Source: an uncultured Armatimonadia bacterium (lineage in GTDB: Bacteria > Armatimonadota > Zipacnadia > CAVVLO01). Taken from it: DNA of 64,000 bases. Below, in pieces: positions 41,638 to 52,307 of the stretch. The notes below the pieces were generated by a model. The model was not told where the DNA came from. It searched no databases and saw only the letters and a list, made by a program, of their open reading frames with translations. The position numbers were made by a program, and so were the translations under genes. The stretch spans positions 64,001-128,000 of the forward strand of contig CAVVLO010000005.1 of assembly GCA_963749155.1 (NCBI GenBank), in the 5' to 3' direction. Position 1 is the first letter of the stretch; each line of letters starts with the position of its first letter.

Positions 41638-43517
41638 TTCTCTTTATGTTCCAGGTGATATTTGATCAACCCGAAGAAGGTATACGGGTCGACAACCACC
41701 GCGCGGGCCTCTGGCTGGCTTGTTGCCAGCGCATCTGCCACCTCGGCATACCAGGTCGGTGACTTCAGGATGCTGCGCCGCCACTGGAAGACTGGTCCCT
41801 CGTTTACTCCTCGGGCTCTGCGGGCGATATCCGCTGCCGCCTGCTCGGGAGTGCCATCGAGGTCTATTTCGCGGCATGCTCCAATGCCCTGATGCACCGC
41901 GATGCCTGGGTCAAAATGGGTGCCTAGCCCATCAGGGCTGAACTGTTTATAGGCTGCCCATTCTTCCTCGGTCGAAGCGCCGCCAGATCCGTCCAGCACA
42001 AAACCGGAGATGGTCATACCCCACCTGCTGTAATACCTGACGCAGTGCTCGGTCCAGGCTGCCAGCCCCGAGGGCAAGCCAGTTTCAGGCCTCACTGTCA
42101 GCGCGCGCGGATTCAGATAACCTGCCCCCGAGTCGCCCGCGATGAAGTAGTCGTTAGGGCTTGCGTTTTCGTATACATAGGCCATTGCCTGGGGCACCCT
42201 GTCTGACAGTATGGGTACTGGCGCCCAGGGCAACGGGGTTTCGCCTCTCCGGGGATCGTTGAAGAACACGGGCATCGCCTTGTAGAACCAGCTAGGCGAA
42301 TCGTAGTCACCCACATAGTGGCCTACGAAACACAGGTTGGCGACCTTGCCCTCCGGTGTGATGTAGCCGGCTGCTTTCCAGTCCTCGAACGTTGGCTTTG
42401 GATTCGGTTGGTCGTATTGAACCTTCAGCGGATAATGCTGGTGGAAGGACGCATTCGCAATACCCCCCAGCCCCGCCGCGTCAGCTTCCATATACCCGTT
42501 GAACTGGGAAATAAGCTTGCCAAATTCCCATTCGGTCGGCACTGGCTCATGCTTGCCGCCAACTTGTCCGCTGCTTGTATATTTGTAAGGCCACGCGGGG
42601 AAGCCGCCGACCTGCAGTATCCCGCCTTCAGCCTGCTCATAAAGCGCATGCATTACTTCGAAGAACACCTGCTTGTCCAGTCCGACTGGGCTGGCTGGCT
42701 CATCGGTTGCTACCTCGTCTCCCCAGGGCGAAAGGTCGAAGAAGAAGGCCTTGTTTGCGATAAAGTAGTCCTGATTGGTCAGAGTGTGCATCTCGCCCCG
42801 GTCATTCTTCGTATATAAGGCCCAGAAATAATCGATATAGTAGGCAGCGATGCCTGGCGCGCCTTTGCCTGACTTCACCCAGCGCTCCAGCGCCCATTTG
42901 TAAGCGTCACACTTGGGGCTGCCGGTCGAGGGAATCCCGAGACCCGGTATCTCGCCTTCCCCCGTAAAAAGCGATGAGCCATCTGGGTTCAGCAGCCACA
43001 GCTTTGGGAGAAGACCAAGCTGCTGCGTCAGTTTTGTATACAGCGAATCAGGTGACAGATCGTACCGGACAGGCAGTAATCCCTCAGAGCCAGCGGCTGT
43101 CGAAGCCAGGTTGGAGGTCGCTGGCACCTTGGGATCCCAGACCACGACTCCCTTAATAAAGGGGTGAAAGGTCTGGATAGCCTCTTCAATAGATTCCAGC
43201 GGCTTGATTTCGAGCCCCTTCAGCCAGCCGTTTTCCTCTCGATACCAGTCCATCCAGAACTCGTCAGTGTCCAGCCCGAAGCCTTCGCAGTAATAGACAT
43301 AAAGTCGGGGAGTCCGCCTGTTGGCCAGGCCCTGGAGCGCCGCAAGCAGGTGCAGGTTGTCCCAGACTTCATTAGCCGCCTTCATGTCACCGCCGGCAAG
43401 CTCTTTCAAAGGGCGAGCGTCATAAGTATAGATGGGCTCTGTGGGCAGACCGGCTTCGACCGATGTCCCTGCCATCAGCACCAGCATTACAAGCGCAAGG
43501 GTAATAAGGATTTCCAT
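41634..43517 (-). CDS. Secreted GxGYxYP-family putative glycoside hydrolase
   Basis: Signal peptide; LQGLANRRTPRLY, GVVVWDP, NASFH, YVGDYDS, SGAGYLNP. Confidence 0.75.
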   Translation of the reverse strand: MEILITLALVMLVLMAGTSVEAGLPTEPIYTYDARPLKELAGGDMKAANEVWDNLHLLAALQGLANRRTPRLYVYYCEGFGLDTDEFWMDWYREENGWLKGLEIKPLESIEEAIQTFHPFIKGVVVWDPKVPATSNLASTAAGSEGLLPVRYDLSPDSLYTKLTQQLGLLPKLWLLNPDGSSLFTGEGEIPGLGIPSTGSPKCDAYKWALERWVKSGKGAPGIAAYYIDYFWALYTKNDRGEMHTLTNQDYFIANKAFFFDLSPWGDEVATDEPASPVGLDKQVFFEVMHALYEQAEGGILQVGGFPAWPYKYTSSGQVGGKHEPVPTEWEFGKLISQFNGYMEADAAGLGGIANASFHQHYPLKVQYDQPNPKPTFEDWKAAGYITPEGKVANLCFVGHYVGDYDSPSWFYKAMPVFFNDPRRGETPLPWAPVPILSDRVPQAMAYVYENASPNDYFIAGDSGAGYLNPRALTVRPETGLPSGLAAWTEHCVRYYSRWGMTISGFVLDGSGGASTEEEWAAYKQFSPDGLGTHFDPGIAVHQGIGACREIDLDGTPEQAAADIARRARGVNEGPVFQWRRSILKSPTWYAEVADALATSQPEARAVVVDPYTFFGLIKYHLEHKEN

Positions 43518-43615
43518 CAGTGATTACCTCCCTGGGTCGGACAAGCTTCAACGGGAGGTCGGGGCCTCCTGCGCAACCCTTTGGAATCTTCGCGAAAATA
43601 ATTCTCAACCAACCC

Positions 43616-43643
43616 TAAAGTCAGGCAACTCATCTGCCGATAC
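43616..43643 (+). promoter_or_regulatory. Sigma28 (FliA/SigD) promoter upstream of the chemoreceptor
   Basis: TAAA-N16-GCCGATAC matches the FliA/SigD consensus and precedes an MCP gene. Confidence 0.75.
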
Positions 43644-43859
43644 CAAGAGTGTCCAACGAAATAGAACCACCAGGGAGGGAGACCAGGTGCAAGCCTCAGA
43701 AAACCAGTTTGCAAGGCAGATTTATGTAGAGAGCCCTTTGACAGCCGGGCTTTGCCGAGTCACCCGTTATATGCCCTGGTGCCTTCTGCAATTCGCAAGG
43801 GACAATCGACCGCAGCCTATGCGCCGCGGAACCAGAATCCCAGATAAAGGAGTAGAAAT

Positions 43860-45869
43860 ATGCCTAGTCTGAAGTCCAGGTCTGGCTTGAAGGACCTTCC
43901 CATCGGCAAGAAGATGACCCTGGCGTTTATGCTCGTGGCGGCTATCACCTTGTTTATTGGTGTAGTAGGTTATTACAGCCTGACAAGAAGCGACCAACTC
44001 ATACACGAGCTCGGTCAGGTACGTCTGCCCAGTACCCATATCTTGCTGGTCCTTAGCGAAGCCCAAACGGCTGTAGACAGCGCCGAAAACGCCTTGTTGC
44101 ACAGCGGTCTCGAGCAAAAAGCTCGCCAGGCACAGTACGAGAGGATAGGGACTGCCTGGCAACGTATAGACGAACACTGGAAGGAGTACGAAGCGTTGCC
44201 CCAGACTGCGGAAGAGGAGCAGGTCTGGAAAGAATTCGTGCCAGCCTGGGATGCCTGGAAGGCCGACCACAAGGCCTTTATGGCTCTTTCCAAAGTTTAT
44301 GACACGAAGAAGAGCAATCAGCTGCATGCCCAGTTGACCGAACAGGCTCTGGTCACCAATGCGCGCAGCTTCCAGAAGGCAGAAGAGTTGCTCAATGAAC
44401 TCGTCGAGGTCAACACCCAAGTGGCGGAGGCGAGTGTCAAGACTGGCGAGTCTATGGCGGCTTCCCTTAAGCTCCTTTGTCTGGTCTCGATGATCCTCGG
44501 TGTTGGGTTGTCGCTCGGGTTGAGTCTCATGATTGGCCGTGGCATCAGCCGTCCCATCAGCAAAGCCGCCGATACCTTCAAGGAGATCTCGGAAGCGCAA
44601 GACCTGAGCAAGCAGGTGGAGGTAGTCAGCGGTGATGAAGTCGGCCATATGGCTCTCGCCTTCAATGGATTCCTGGGCAAACTGTCAGGATTGCTTGGTC
44701 AGGTGCGCGCTTCAGGCGAGTTGGTGCAGCGGGAGAGTGACACTCTTGGAGACAACTCCAACCAGATAACCGAAGCCAACCATAATATCGAGGTTGCCAT
44801 CCAGCAACTTGCTGAAGGCGCCCAGCAACAGGCTGAGAGCACCTCCTCGGCGGCTAGTGCCACCAGCCAGCTCAATGCGGCTATCTCTCAGGTTGCTGAC
44901 GCGGCTCGCGAGCAACAGAGTTATACGGGGAATGCCGGCTCTTCTATTAGCCAGGTAAAGTCCTTGATAGACCAAACCGCTCTGCGGGTAGACGAACTGG
45001 CTAGCGATTCGGAGGCTGCCAACGAACTGGCCAAGGCTGGCGAGGCTCATGCCAATGCTACCCTCGAGTCTACTGAGCGTATCCGCCCAGCCACTGAGCA
45101 GGCCGCTATGGAACTCGAGCGACTGGCCGAACGCTCCGCCAAGATTGGTGGCATTCTTGATACGATTAGCGCTATCGCAGATCAGACTAATCTGCTTGCT
45201 CTCAACGCCGCCATCGAGGCAGCGCGCGCGGGTCAACATGGCAAAGGTTTTGCGGTTGTCGCTGATGAAGTGCGCAAGTTGGCAGAACTGACCCGCAACT
45301 CCGCCTCTCAGATAGGCTCCATCCTCACCGAAATCCAGCAAGGCGTAGAGAGCGCCCGCAGTCCCATGCAGGCGACTCTGGCTGCGGTCAGTGAAGCCAA
45401 AGCCACAGTCGAGCAGGCGGTCAGTGTGGTGCGTAATATCGCTCGTCACACCGAAATTATGGGCTCTCGTGTAGCTCAGGTTGCTGGCGGCACAATCGAG
45501 ATAACCCAGGAGAGTGACGAGCTAATCGAGTTGGTCAACGCTCTTCAACTCAAGGCGGACGAAGTGGCCCAGGCAGCCGAGTCAATGATAGAAGCCAGCA
45601 ACGAGGTAGAGCAGGCCATCAGCAATGTGGCCGCAATCAGCCAGGAATCTGCGGCCAGCACGGAAGAGGTGCTTGCTTCCGTTGAAGAGGCTACTGCCCA
45701 GTCCGATGAGATCACCAGAGCCGCTCGCGGGTTGGCTGATTCTTCGACTGCAATGCTGGGGCTTCTTGCAGGATTCAAATTGTCAGAAGATGACAACTCG
45801 GATTCAGACGCCGCCACTCCAAAGCAGGCAGGCGCTACCCAGTATGGGTACGGCGCTTCCCCTGCATAA
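43860..45869 (+). CDS. Methyl-accepting chemotaxis protein (4HB sensor, HAMP, signalling domain)
   Basis: Two TMs; [53 protein letters not shown]. Confidence 0.95.
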   Translation: MPSLKSRSGLKDLPIGKKMTLAFMLVAAITLFIGVVGYYSLTRSDQLIHELGQVRLPSTHILLVLSEAQTAVDSAENALLHSGLEQKARQAQYERIGTAWQRIDEHWKEYEALPQTAEEEQVWKEFVPAWDAWKADHKAFMALSKVYDTKKSNQLHAQLTEQALVTNARSFQKAEELLNELVEVNTQVAEASVKTGESMAASLKLLCLVSMILGVGLSLGLSLMIGRGISRPISKAADTFKEISEAQDLSKQVEVVSGDEVGHMALAFNGFLGKLSGLLGQVRASGELVQRESDTLGDNSNQITEANHNIEVAIQQLAEGAQQQAESTSSAASATSQLNAAISQVADAAREQQSYTGNAGSSISQVKSLIDQTALRVDELASDSEAANELAKAGEAHANATLESTERIRPATEQAAMELERLAERSAKIGGILDTISAIADQTNLLALNAAIEAARAGQHGKGFAVVADEVRKLAELTRNSASQIGSILTEIQQGVESARSPMQATLAAVSEAKATVEQAVSVVRNIARHTEIMGSRVAQVAGGTIEITQESDELIELVNALQLKADEVAQAAESMIEASNEVEQAISNVAAISQESAASTEEVLASVEEATAQSDEITRAARGLADSSTAMLGLLAGFKLSEDDNSDSDAATPKQAGATQYGYGASPA

Positions 45870-45885
45870 TAAGGCGGCGCTTCCA

Positions 45886-45917
45886 ACCAGGAGGGTGGCC
45901 GCCCCCATCCTCCTGGT
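45886..45917 (+). terminator. GC-rich hairpin after the MCP gene (no clear U-tract)
   Basis: ACCAGGAGGGTGG / CCATCCTCCTGGT stem. Confidence 0.45.
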
Positions 45918-45965
45918 CATGTTACAATTGTTGTAAGACCCGGTACTGGACTGGAGGTGGGGTAG

Positions 45966-46481
45966 ATGGTACAGGGTAAGCGAGTGCTGATGCTCATCGA
46001 AGAAGGCTTTGAGGATAGTGAAGCCTGGGAGCCCAAACTCTTTCTGGAAGCCCATGGAGTCTCTGTCACTGTCACAGGGCCCGAAATCAAGACTTATCAC
46101 GGCAAGAAAGGAGAGCGCGAGTTTACACCGGAAAAGTCGTTGGCAGAGGTCCATCCTGGACTATATGACTTGCTGCTGATACCTGGTGGAGCTGCTCCCG
46201 AGAAACTCAGGTTGAACGTGCAGATCCTCTCCCTTGTGCGCGCTTTTGCCGAGGCTCACAAACCTCTCGCGGCTATTTGTCATGGGCCGCAAGTGCTTAT
46301 CTCGGCAGGCTTGCTCGAGGGACGGATGCTTACTTCAACCGCTGGTATTCGCGATGATGTGCGTAATGCGGGGGGCCATTGGGTAGATGAAGAACTCGTC
46401 ATCGATCGCAATCTGATTACCTCACGTGGCCCTCGCGACCTGCCAGCTTTCAATCAGGCAATCTTGAAAGCTCTCGGTTAA
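45966..46481 (+). CDS. DJ-1/PfpI family protein
   Basis: [26 protein letters not shown]. Confidence 0.9.
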   Translation: MVQGKRVLMLIEEGFEDSEAWEPKLFLEAHGVSVTVTGPEIKTYHGKKGEREFTPEKSLAEVHPGLYDLLLIPGGAAPEKLRLNVQILSLVRAFAEAHKPLAAICHGPQVLISAGLLEGRMLTSTAGIRDDVRNAGGHWVDEELVIDRNLITSRGPRDLPAFNQAILKALG

Positions 46482-46507
46482 CTTGCTCTCTCATGTCAGG
46501 ACCACGC

Positions 46508-46536
46508 TTGAAGTCTGCGGCCCGCAGGTTTACAAT
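46508..46536 (+). promoter_or_regulatory. Sigma70-type promoter for pdxS
   Basis: TTGAAG-N17-TACAAT. Confidence 0.6.
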
Positions 46537-46573
46537 TGGGCCGAAGCATAATCGGAAGGGAAGTGTGGTCACG

Positions 46574-47500
46574 ATGGCAGAAATCAAGTTGCCCGAACTG
46601 GGCAGTCTCGTCGGTGAGAAAGCGCAGGCTACCTGGCGAGTGAAGGTTGGTTTCGCGGAGCAGCTCAAAGGCGGCGTCATTATGGACGTCACCACGGCTG
46701 ATCAGGCGAAGATTGCCGAGGAGGCCGGTGCCACCTCGGTAATGGCTCTGGAACGGGTTCCCGCGGATATCAGGGCCCAGGGCGGTATCGCCCGGATGGC
46801 TGATCCCGACAAGATCAGCGAGATCATCGAAGCTGTTACTATTCCAGTAATGGCCAAGTGTCGCATTGGTCATTTCGCCGAGGCCCAGGTGCTTGAGTCG
46901 ATGGGTGTAGACTTCATCGACGAGAGTGAAGTACTGACTCCGGCTGATGAAGTCAATCACGTCTATAAATGGGATTACAAAGTGCCTTTTGTCTGCGGTT
47001 GCAGGGATTTGGGCGAGGCCTTGCGCCGTGTAGGCGAAGGCGCCGCGATGATCCGCACCAAGGGCGAAGCGGGCACCGGCAATATCGTCGAAGCCGTGCG
47101 CCATATGCGCTCTGTGATGGATACCATCCGCAGGTTCACCACCCTTGGCCGAGAGCAGCTTATGGCAGAAGCCAAGCAGCTTGGCGCTCCCTTCGAACTG
47201 GTTGCCTGGGTTGCCGACAACGGCAAGCTGCCCGTTCCCAACTTCGCGGCGGGGGGTATCGCAACCCCTGCTGATGCAGCCCTTATGCGTCAACTCGGCG
47301 CCGAGGCCATCTTCGTAGGTTCTGGGATCTTCAAATCCAGCAATCCTCCCCAGGTAGCCAAGGCCATTGTCGATGCCTGCACCAATTTCGATAATCCCGA
47401 ACTTGTCGCCAAAGTCTCACGCGGTCTAGGCGAAGCGATGCATGGGCTGGATATCGCTCAGATCGACGATGCCAGCCTGATGCAGACTCGCGGCTGGTAA
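46574..47500 (+). CDS. pdxS: Pyridoxal 5'-phosphate synthase lyase subunit
   Basis: [69 protein letters not shown]. Confidence 0.97.
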   Translation: MAEIKLPELGSLVGEKAQATWRVKVGFAEQLKGGVIMDVTTADQAKIAEEAGATSVMALERVPADIRAQGGIARMADPDKISEIIEAVTIPVMAKCRIGHFAEAQVLESMGVDFIDESEVLTPADEVNHVYKWDYKVPFVCGCRDLGEALRRVGEGAAMIRTKGEAGTGNIVEAVRHMRSVMDTIRRFTTLGREQLMAEAKQLGAPFELVAWVADNGKLPVPNFAAGGIATPADAALMRQLGAEAIFVGSGIFKSSNPPQVAKAIVDACTNFDNPELVAKVSRGLGEAMHGLDIAQIDDASLMQTRGW

Positions 47501-47568
47501 CCTTGGCTCTATCCAACTTGCAGGCGCCGGGCCACCGGTCCGGCGCTTGCTGTTTTGGCGGCCTCTAG

Positions 47569-48145
47569 ATGGAAAAACGTATCGGTGTTCTGGATCTCCA
47601 AGGCGATGTTCGAGAACACTGTCAGCAGCTTTTGCGCCTCGGAGTCGACCCAATCAAGGTCCGGTATCCCGAAGACCTTGCCGAATGTGCTGGCCTGGTG
47701 ATCCCAGGGGGCGAGAGCACTACCGTCGGCAAACTTCTCGACCGGCATGGCCTTATCGAACCTGTCCGCCAGGCTGTGCGGGAGGGGCTTGCCCTTCTCG
47801 GTACCTGCACAGGGCTGATACTTATGGCAAAAGACATCGTTGGCAGCGACCAGCTTCGCCTAGGCGTGATGGACCTGGTCGTCCGGCGCAATGCTTTCGG
47901 CCGTCAGATCGACAGTTTCGAGACCGACCTGCCCCTCCCCGAGCTTGGCCCAGAGCCTTTTCGCGCTGTGTTTATCCGAGGTCCGATAATTGCAAGCACA
48001 GGCCCCGAGGTTGAAGTATTGGCGCGGATCCCCGAAGGTATCAGTCCTGGCCAAACAGGGCAAGTTGCTTGCTTGCGCGTTCCACCCCGAACTGACTGAC
48101 GACACTCGCCTTCATAGCTACTTCATCGAGCTTGCTCTCACCTGA
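47569..48145 (+). CDS. pdxT: PLP synthase glutaminase subunit, +1 frameshift near 48043
   Basis: [39 protein letters not shown]; removing one A restores [22 protein letters not shown]...LT-stop. Confidence 0.9.
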
Positions 48146-48205
48146 GGCAGGGCTGCTCAATCCATCGCCGAATAGGGTCCCAACCAGTTTTGGGAGGGAA
48201 CCCAG

Positions 48206-51200
48206 ATGAAAGATTGGCACAGCGAATTCAAAGAGCCCCCTGTCTCTTTCGGCGCGATGCCTTTTTGGTTTTGGAGCGCCCAGATGGACCCCACCGAGCT
48301 TGCCCGACAAGTCGAGTTGATGGCCAAGCAGGGTGTCTGCGGTCACTTTATGCACGCTCGCACAGGCCTTTCGACTCCCTACCTGGGGCCCGAGTGGATG
48401 GACTGTATCCGCGCTACCGTGAAAAAATCGGCCGAGGCAGGCGTTGAAGCCTGGCTTTATGACGAGGACAATTGGCCAAGCGGTTTTGCTGGAGGACTGG
48501 TCTCGGGCCGAGGGCCTGAGTATCTGCAACGCAGTCTGCGCGCCGAACTGCTCGAGGTGCCTGCCGGCGCAACCCAGGTAGACCTACCCGTTGGTCTGAC
48601 CACCGATGTGGTGGCGCTCTTCGCCAGTGCAGATCCCCTGCCAGAGCCCGCAAGTTTCAGGCAATTACCTGTAACTCAAGGCGCAGCGCAAATCGAACTG
48701 CCTGGAAACGAGTTCCGCAGTGTGATCGTCTTCGTGCTGGAACTCTTCGATATGCGTTTTGCCCAAGAAGCTCACATCGCAGGTGGCTATGTGGATACGC
48801 TCAATCCGATGGTGACCGAGGCCTTCATCGAGACAACCTACGAGGCTTACAAGCGCGAAGTAGGGGAGGAGTTTGGTAAGACCGTCCCTGGGATATTCAC
48901 CGATGAACCCAGTTATCGCGCCCATTCGCTCTGGCAGACCACGTACAAGCTCCCCTGGACTGGCAAGCTGCCCGAAGTATTCCAGGCTCAGCGCGGCTAT
49001 GACCTGATGCCCCACCTGCCCGCCCTTTTCTTCGCGGTGGCGGGGGCCGAAAAAGTCAGGCTCGATTTCTACCGTACGGTGTCTGACCTGTTTGTTGAGA
49101 GCTATACCAAGCCACTCTATAACTGGTGTGAAGCCAACGGCATACAATTCACAGGGCACTATCTACTCGAGGTGCCCTTCAGGATGGCTACTCGAGTCAG
49201 CCGGTTCTGTTATGCACCACTATGAGTATATGCATTGCCCTGGGGTCGATCATCTCGGCGCCGAGATCGGTTCTCGCACCAACCCCTGGCCGACAATCCA
49301 GATGCGCCAACTGGCCAGCGTTGGACGGCAACTCGGCAAGAAACGGCTGATGGATGAGATATTCGGCTGTGGCGGATATAACCTGACCCCCGCCAGGCAG
49401 CGTCAGATGGTAGATTGGCAATCAGCGCTTGGAATAAACTGGGTGGTACCTCACGCTTTCTACTATTCTCATGAAGGATTGCGAAAACGCGAATATCCAC
49501 CGGATGACTTCTACGCAATGCCCTGGTGGCCGCAATCGCGCAAGTTCTGGGATTACATCAGGCGCATCAGTTATGTCTTCGCAGAGGGCCACCGACTTGC
49601 CGATGTGCTGGTTATCCACCCGATGGAGAGCATCTGGGCCACCCAGCGCGACCAGTTTGTGACTTCTGACAAGGATCCTGACAGTTGGATAGAGGCCAAG
49701 TTTATTGAATTGGAGAACGCCCTCAACGCTGCCTTCATCGACCATGACTACGGCGAGGAGGAGTTGCTCTCGCGTCACGGGAAAGCCACATATGACGGGC
49801 TTCGCGTGGGACTGGCTACCTACAAGTATGTGATCGTGCCCCCGAGTTTGACCCTGCGCGAGAGCACCATCACTCTGCTACGCAACTTCGTCAACGAGGG
49901 CGGCAAGCTCATCTGCCTCGAACCAGTACCCTGTCTGGTGGATGGCGTGCCAGATGACAACCTGAGGCAAAAGCTTCGTCCAACCCGGGTACTTGAGCAT
50001 ATCTACAATCCAGACCTGCCACTTGATGATGTCATTGATTTGCTCGAAGACCTGCGAGATTCGAGTTTCGAACTCGATGGTGTCACAGGCGATGAAGTAT
50101 TGGCCCAGGAAGTAAAGCTGGGGGCTGACCACTGCCTTTTCCTGGTCAACCTGACAAATCAGCTGAAGCAGTTTACTCTGATGGCGCCAGGATTTTCGGC
50201 GCTTGACGAACTTGATTGCGCTACAGGGGAAATCCGTCCTGTAGCTGCCGCAAGCGAGGGGGGTATGCTCACAACCGAGGTCACCTTGCCCCCTCAGGGG
50301 TCCAGACTTTTCAATCTGAAGCCAGGTTTGGAGTCCAGGCCTTCGGCCAGGCAGCTTGCGCGAGAAACGCTCGCAGAGTTCACTGGAGTCTTTGACGTCA
50401 AACTCAACAAGCCCAATGGGCTGATTTTTGACGAGTTCACGGCAATCCTTGGTGGAGAGCCGCTTGGTGAGGCCTTGCCTGTGCGTTATATCTACCGCAA
50501 GGCCAAAGAGAAAGTCGCTGCGGAGGGGGCTTTCACACTGGAGCTGGCCGCAAGCTTTGAGGTTACTGGCAATCCGGCGGACCTTGGGCCGCTCAGTCTG
50601 GTGCTCGAACAACCTGACCGCTTCTCAATCAGCCTGAACGGCGCGCCCATCGAAGTGCCAGCAGAGCGTGACTGGCTAGTGCAGGAAGCCCTCCAGCTTG
50701 TACCTCTGGCCGGGGTGCGCTCGGGTAAAAACCAGCTCATGTTGAAGTGCCAGTTTGAAGCGACCAGTGACCTCGAAAACGTTTATCTGGCTGGTCAGTT
50801 CGGCGTCAGCGAGGCGCCTTTCCGTCTGGTGCCAGCGCCTTCCGAGCTTGTGCCTGGTAGCTTTGCCGCGCAAGGTCTGCCTTTCTATGCGGGCAGCCTT
50901 ACTTGCAGCTTCCGTCTCCAGCTTGCAGAGAAGCCTGCCGAGGGCAGGATAATCCTCGAACTCGGCCGGCTGCGCGATGCCGCTACTGTTAAGGTGGGCG
51001 GGCAAGTCGTTGACACAGTCCTATGGGCGCCTTTCGAGGTCGATGTGACCGACTACATCCAGGCGGGCGCTAATGAGTTCTCGGTCGAAGTCGCCGGCGA
51101 CCTGTTCAACTTCTACGGACCGCACCATCATCCAGCCGGGGTAAGCGCAGGCCGGGATCCAGGGGGCTGGGACTTCCCCCTCGAGCAGTATCAGAAGGGC

Positions 51201-51272
51201 TACACCATCGATGAGTTCGGTCTGCTGGAGGCGCCAAAGCTTGTACTGGAGCTGCGCAGAGGAGCAAATTGA
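48206..51272 (+). CDS. Large GH106-like glycoside hydrolase, +1 frameshift near 49199
   Basis: PFWFWS, HARTGL, WLYDEDNWPSGFAGG, FTDEP, PGVDHL, SVGRQLG, RKREYPP, GLPFYAG; removing one A gives ATRVAGSVMHHYEY. Confidence 0.72.
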
Positions 51273-51612
51273 GTTCTGGCTGGCAAAATAAGCCTGCCTG
51301 ATTTCGCAATCGGACGGTTTTGTACTGGTATCTAGGCCTTTGGGGTGATTTTCGAGCTTTTGCAAGGATTGTTCACACCGGGCCACGTCATATAACTTGG
51401 TAGGGGCCACAAACGGCAGCGCGACGGGGATCTCCCGCCGCGCTGCTCTACTTTGTTGGCCTTCTGCCCCTCAGAATCCAGGCCCTTTCAAAAAAAGTTT
51501 GAAGTTTTTTTTCGAGCCTGGGAAGGCTTATCTAGTGGGTTTTATGAGGTCGAAGCTACCAGATGTCGTGATGCGAACATTCGTTGGCCTGCAATATGGT
51601 CTAAAAGTTCTG

Positions 51613-51666
51613 TCCTAGCTCGCCCTGCTATACCCTTTATTTCCCTTTTGTGTCCATTGACACCCT
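51613..51666. promoter_or_regulatory. Six 10-bp-phased YCCW repeats (putative MraZ operator)
   Basis: TCCT 51613, CCCT 51623, CCCT 51633, CCCT 51643, TCCA 51653, CCCT 51663. Confidence 0.6.
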
Positions 51667-51684
51667 AAAAAATGGCGATAGAAT
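51657..51684 (+). promoter_or_regulatory. Sigma70 promoter of the dcw operon
   Basis: TTGACA-N16-TAGAAT, 22 nt upstream of the mraZ ATG. Confidence 0.7.
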
Positions 51685-51706
51685 AAAGGTCAGGGGGAAT
51701 CCAATT

Positions 51707-52255
51707 ATGAGCTTACCCAAGCTCTCACAACTTGCGGCACTTGATTGGAGCTCGAAGAACTCGAGTCTCCAGACTGCTGCGAAATTGGATTCCAGATACC
51801 GCATCGCTCTGCCTCGCAAGTCCAAGGACAAATTCGATGCCTGGGTCTATGTCTGCCCAGGGTTCGACAACTCCCTGTACTTGTTTACTGAAAACGATTC
51901 TACCACCTGGCTGGCGGCTTTAGAACAAGCCAGGGCAATCGCCGATGATGGCCAGGCTGCTTTGCTCGATCTTATGGGCTATGTAGTCGTGTTCCAACTG
52001 GATGAGCAAAAGCGCCTGCAGCTTACGGATGATTTTCTGCGCGCCTGGGCTGGGCTTGAAGAAGGCACCAGCTACCTCCTGACCACTGGGCCGGATCGCC
52101 TTTGCCTCTGGTCGGAAGAAGCCTGGAAATCTCGGGTCACTCGCGCTACCGATTGGGCTGGCACCGGCGATGACGTCGGCGCAGCCAGGCTGAAGCAGAA
52201 GGTAAATGCCGCGTTATTCAACAAGCAGGGGCCGGAGGCCCAGGCTAATGACTAA
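51707..52255 (+). CDS. mraZ: Divergent MraZ transcriptional regulator
   Basis: First gene of the dcw cluster; KLDSRYRIALP, GFDNSLYLF, LDEQKRLQL...LRAWAGL, GPDRLCLWS. Confidence 0.72.
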   Translation: MSLPKLSQLAALDWSSKNSSLQTAAKLDSRYRIALPRKSKDKFDAWVYVCPGFDNSLYLFTENDSTTWLAALEQARAIADDGQAALLDLMGYVVVFQLDEQKRLQLTDDFLRAWAGLEEGTSYLLTTGPDRLCLWSEEAWKSRVTRATDWAGTGDDVGAARLKQKVNAALFNKQGPEAQAND

Positions 52256-52307
52256 CGTGGCGCTGGCAAGCCCCCTCGTGAAGTCAGCGAGGCGGAGGGA
52301 GGAGCAC

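Noticed and set aside
51403..51431. GGGGCCACAAACGG..CGACGGGG resembles a tmRNA 5' end
   Set aside because: No matching T-arm or CCA 3' end is visible downstream.
51273..51612. RNase P RNA, often upstream of mraZ
   Set aside because: The universal GAGGAAAGTCC element was not seen on either strand.
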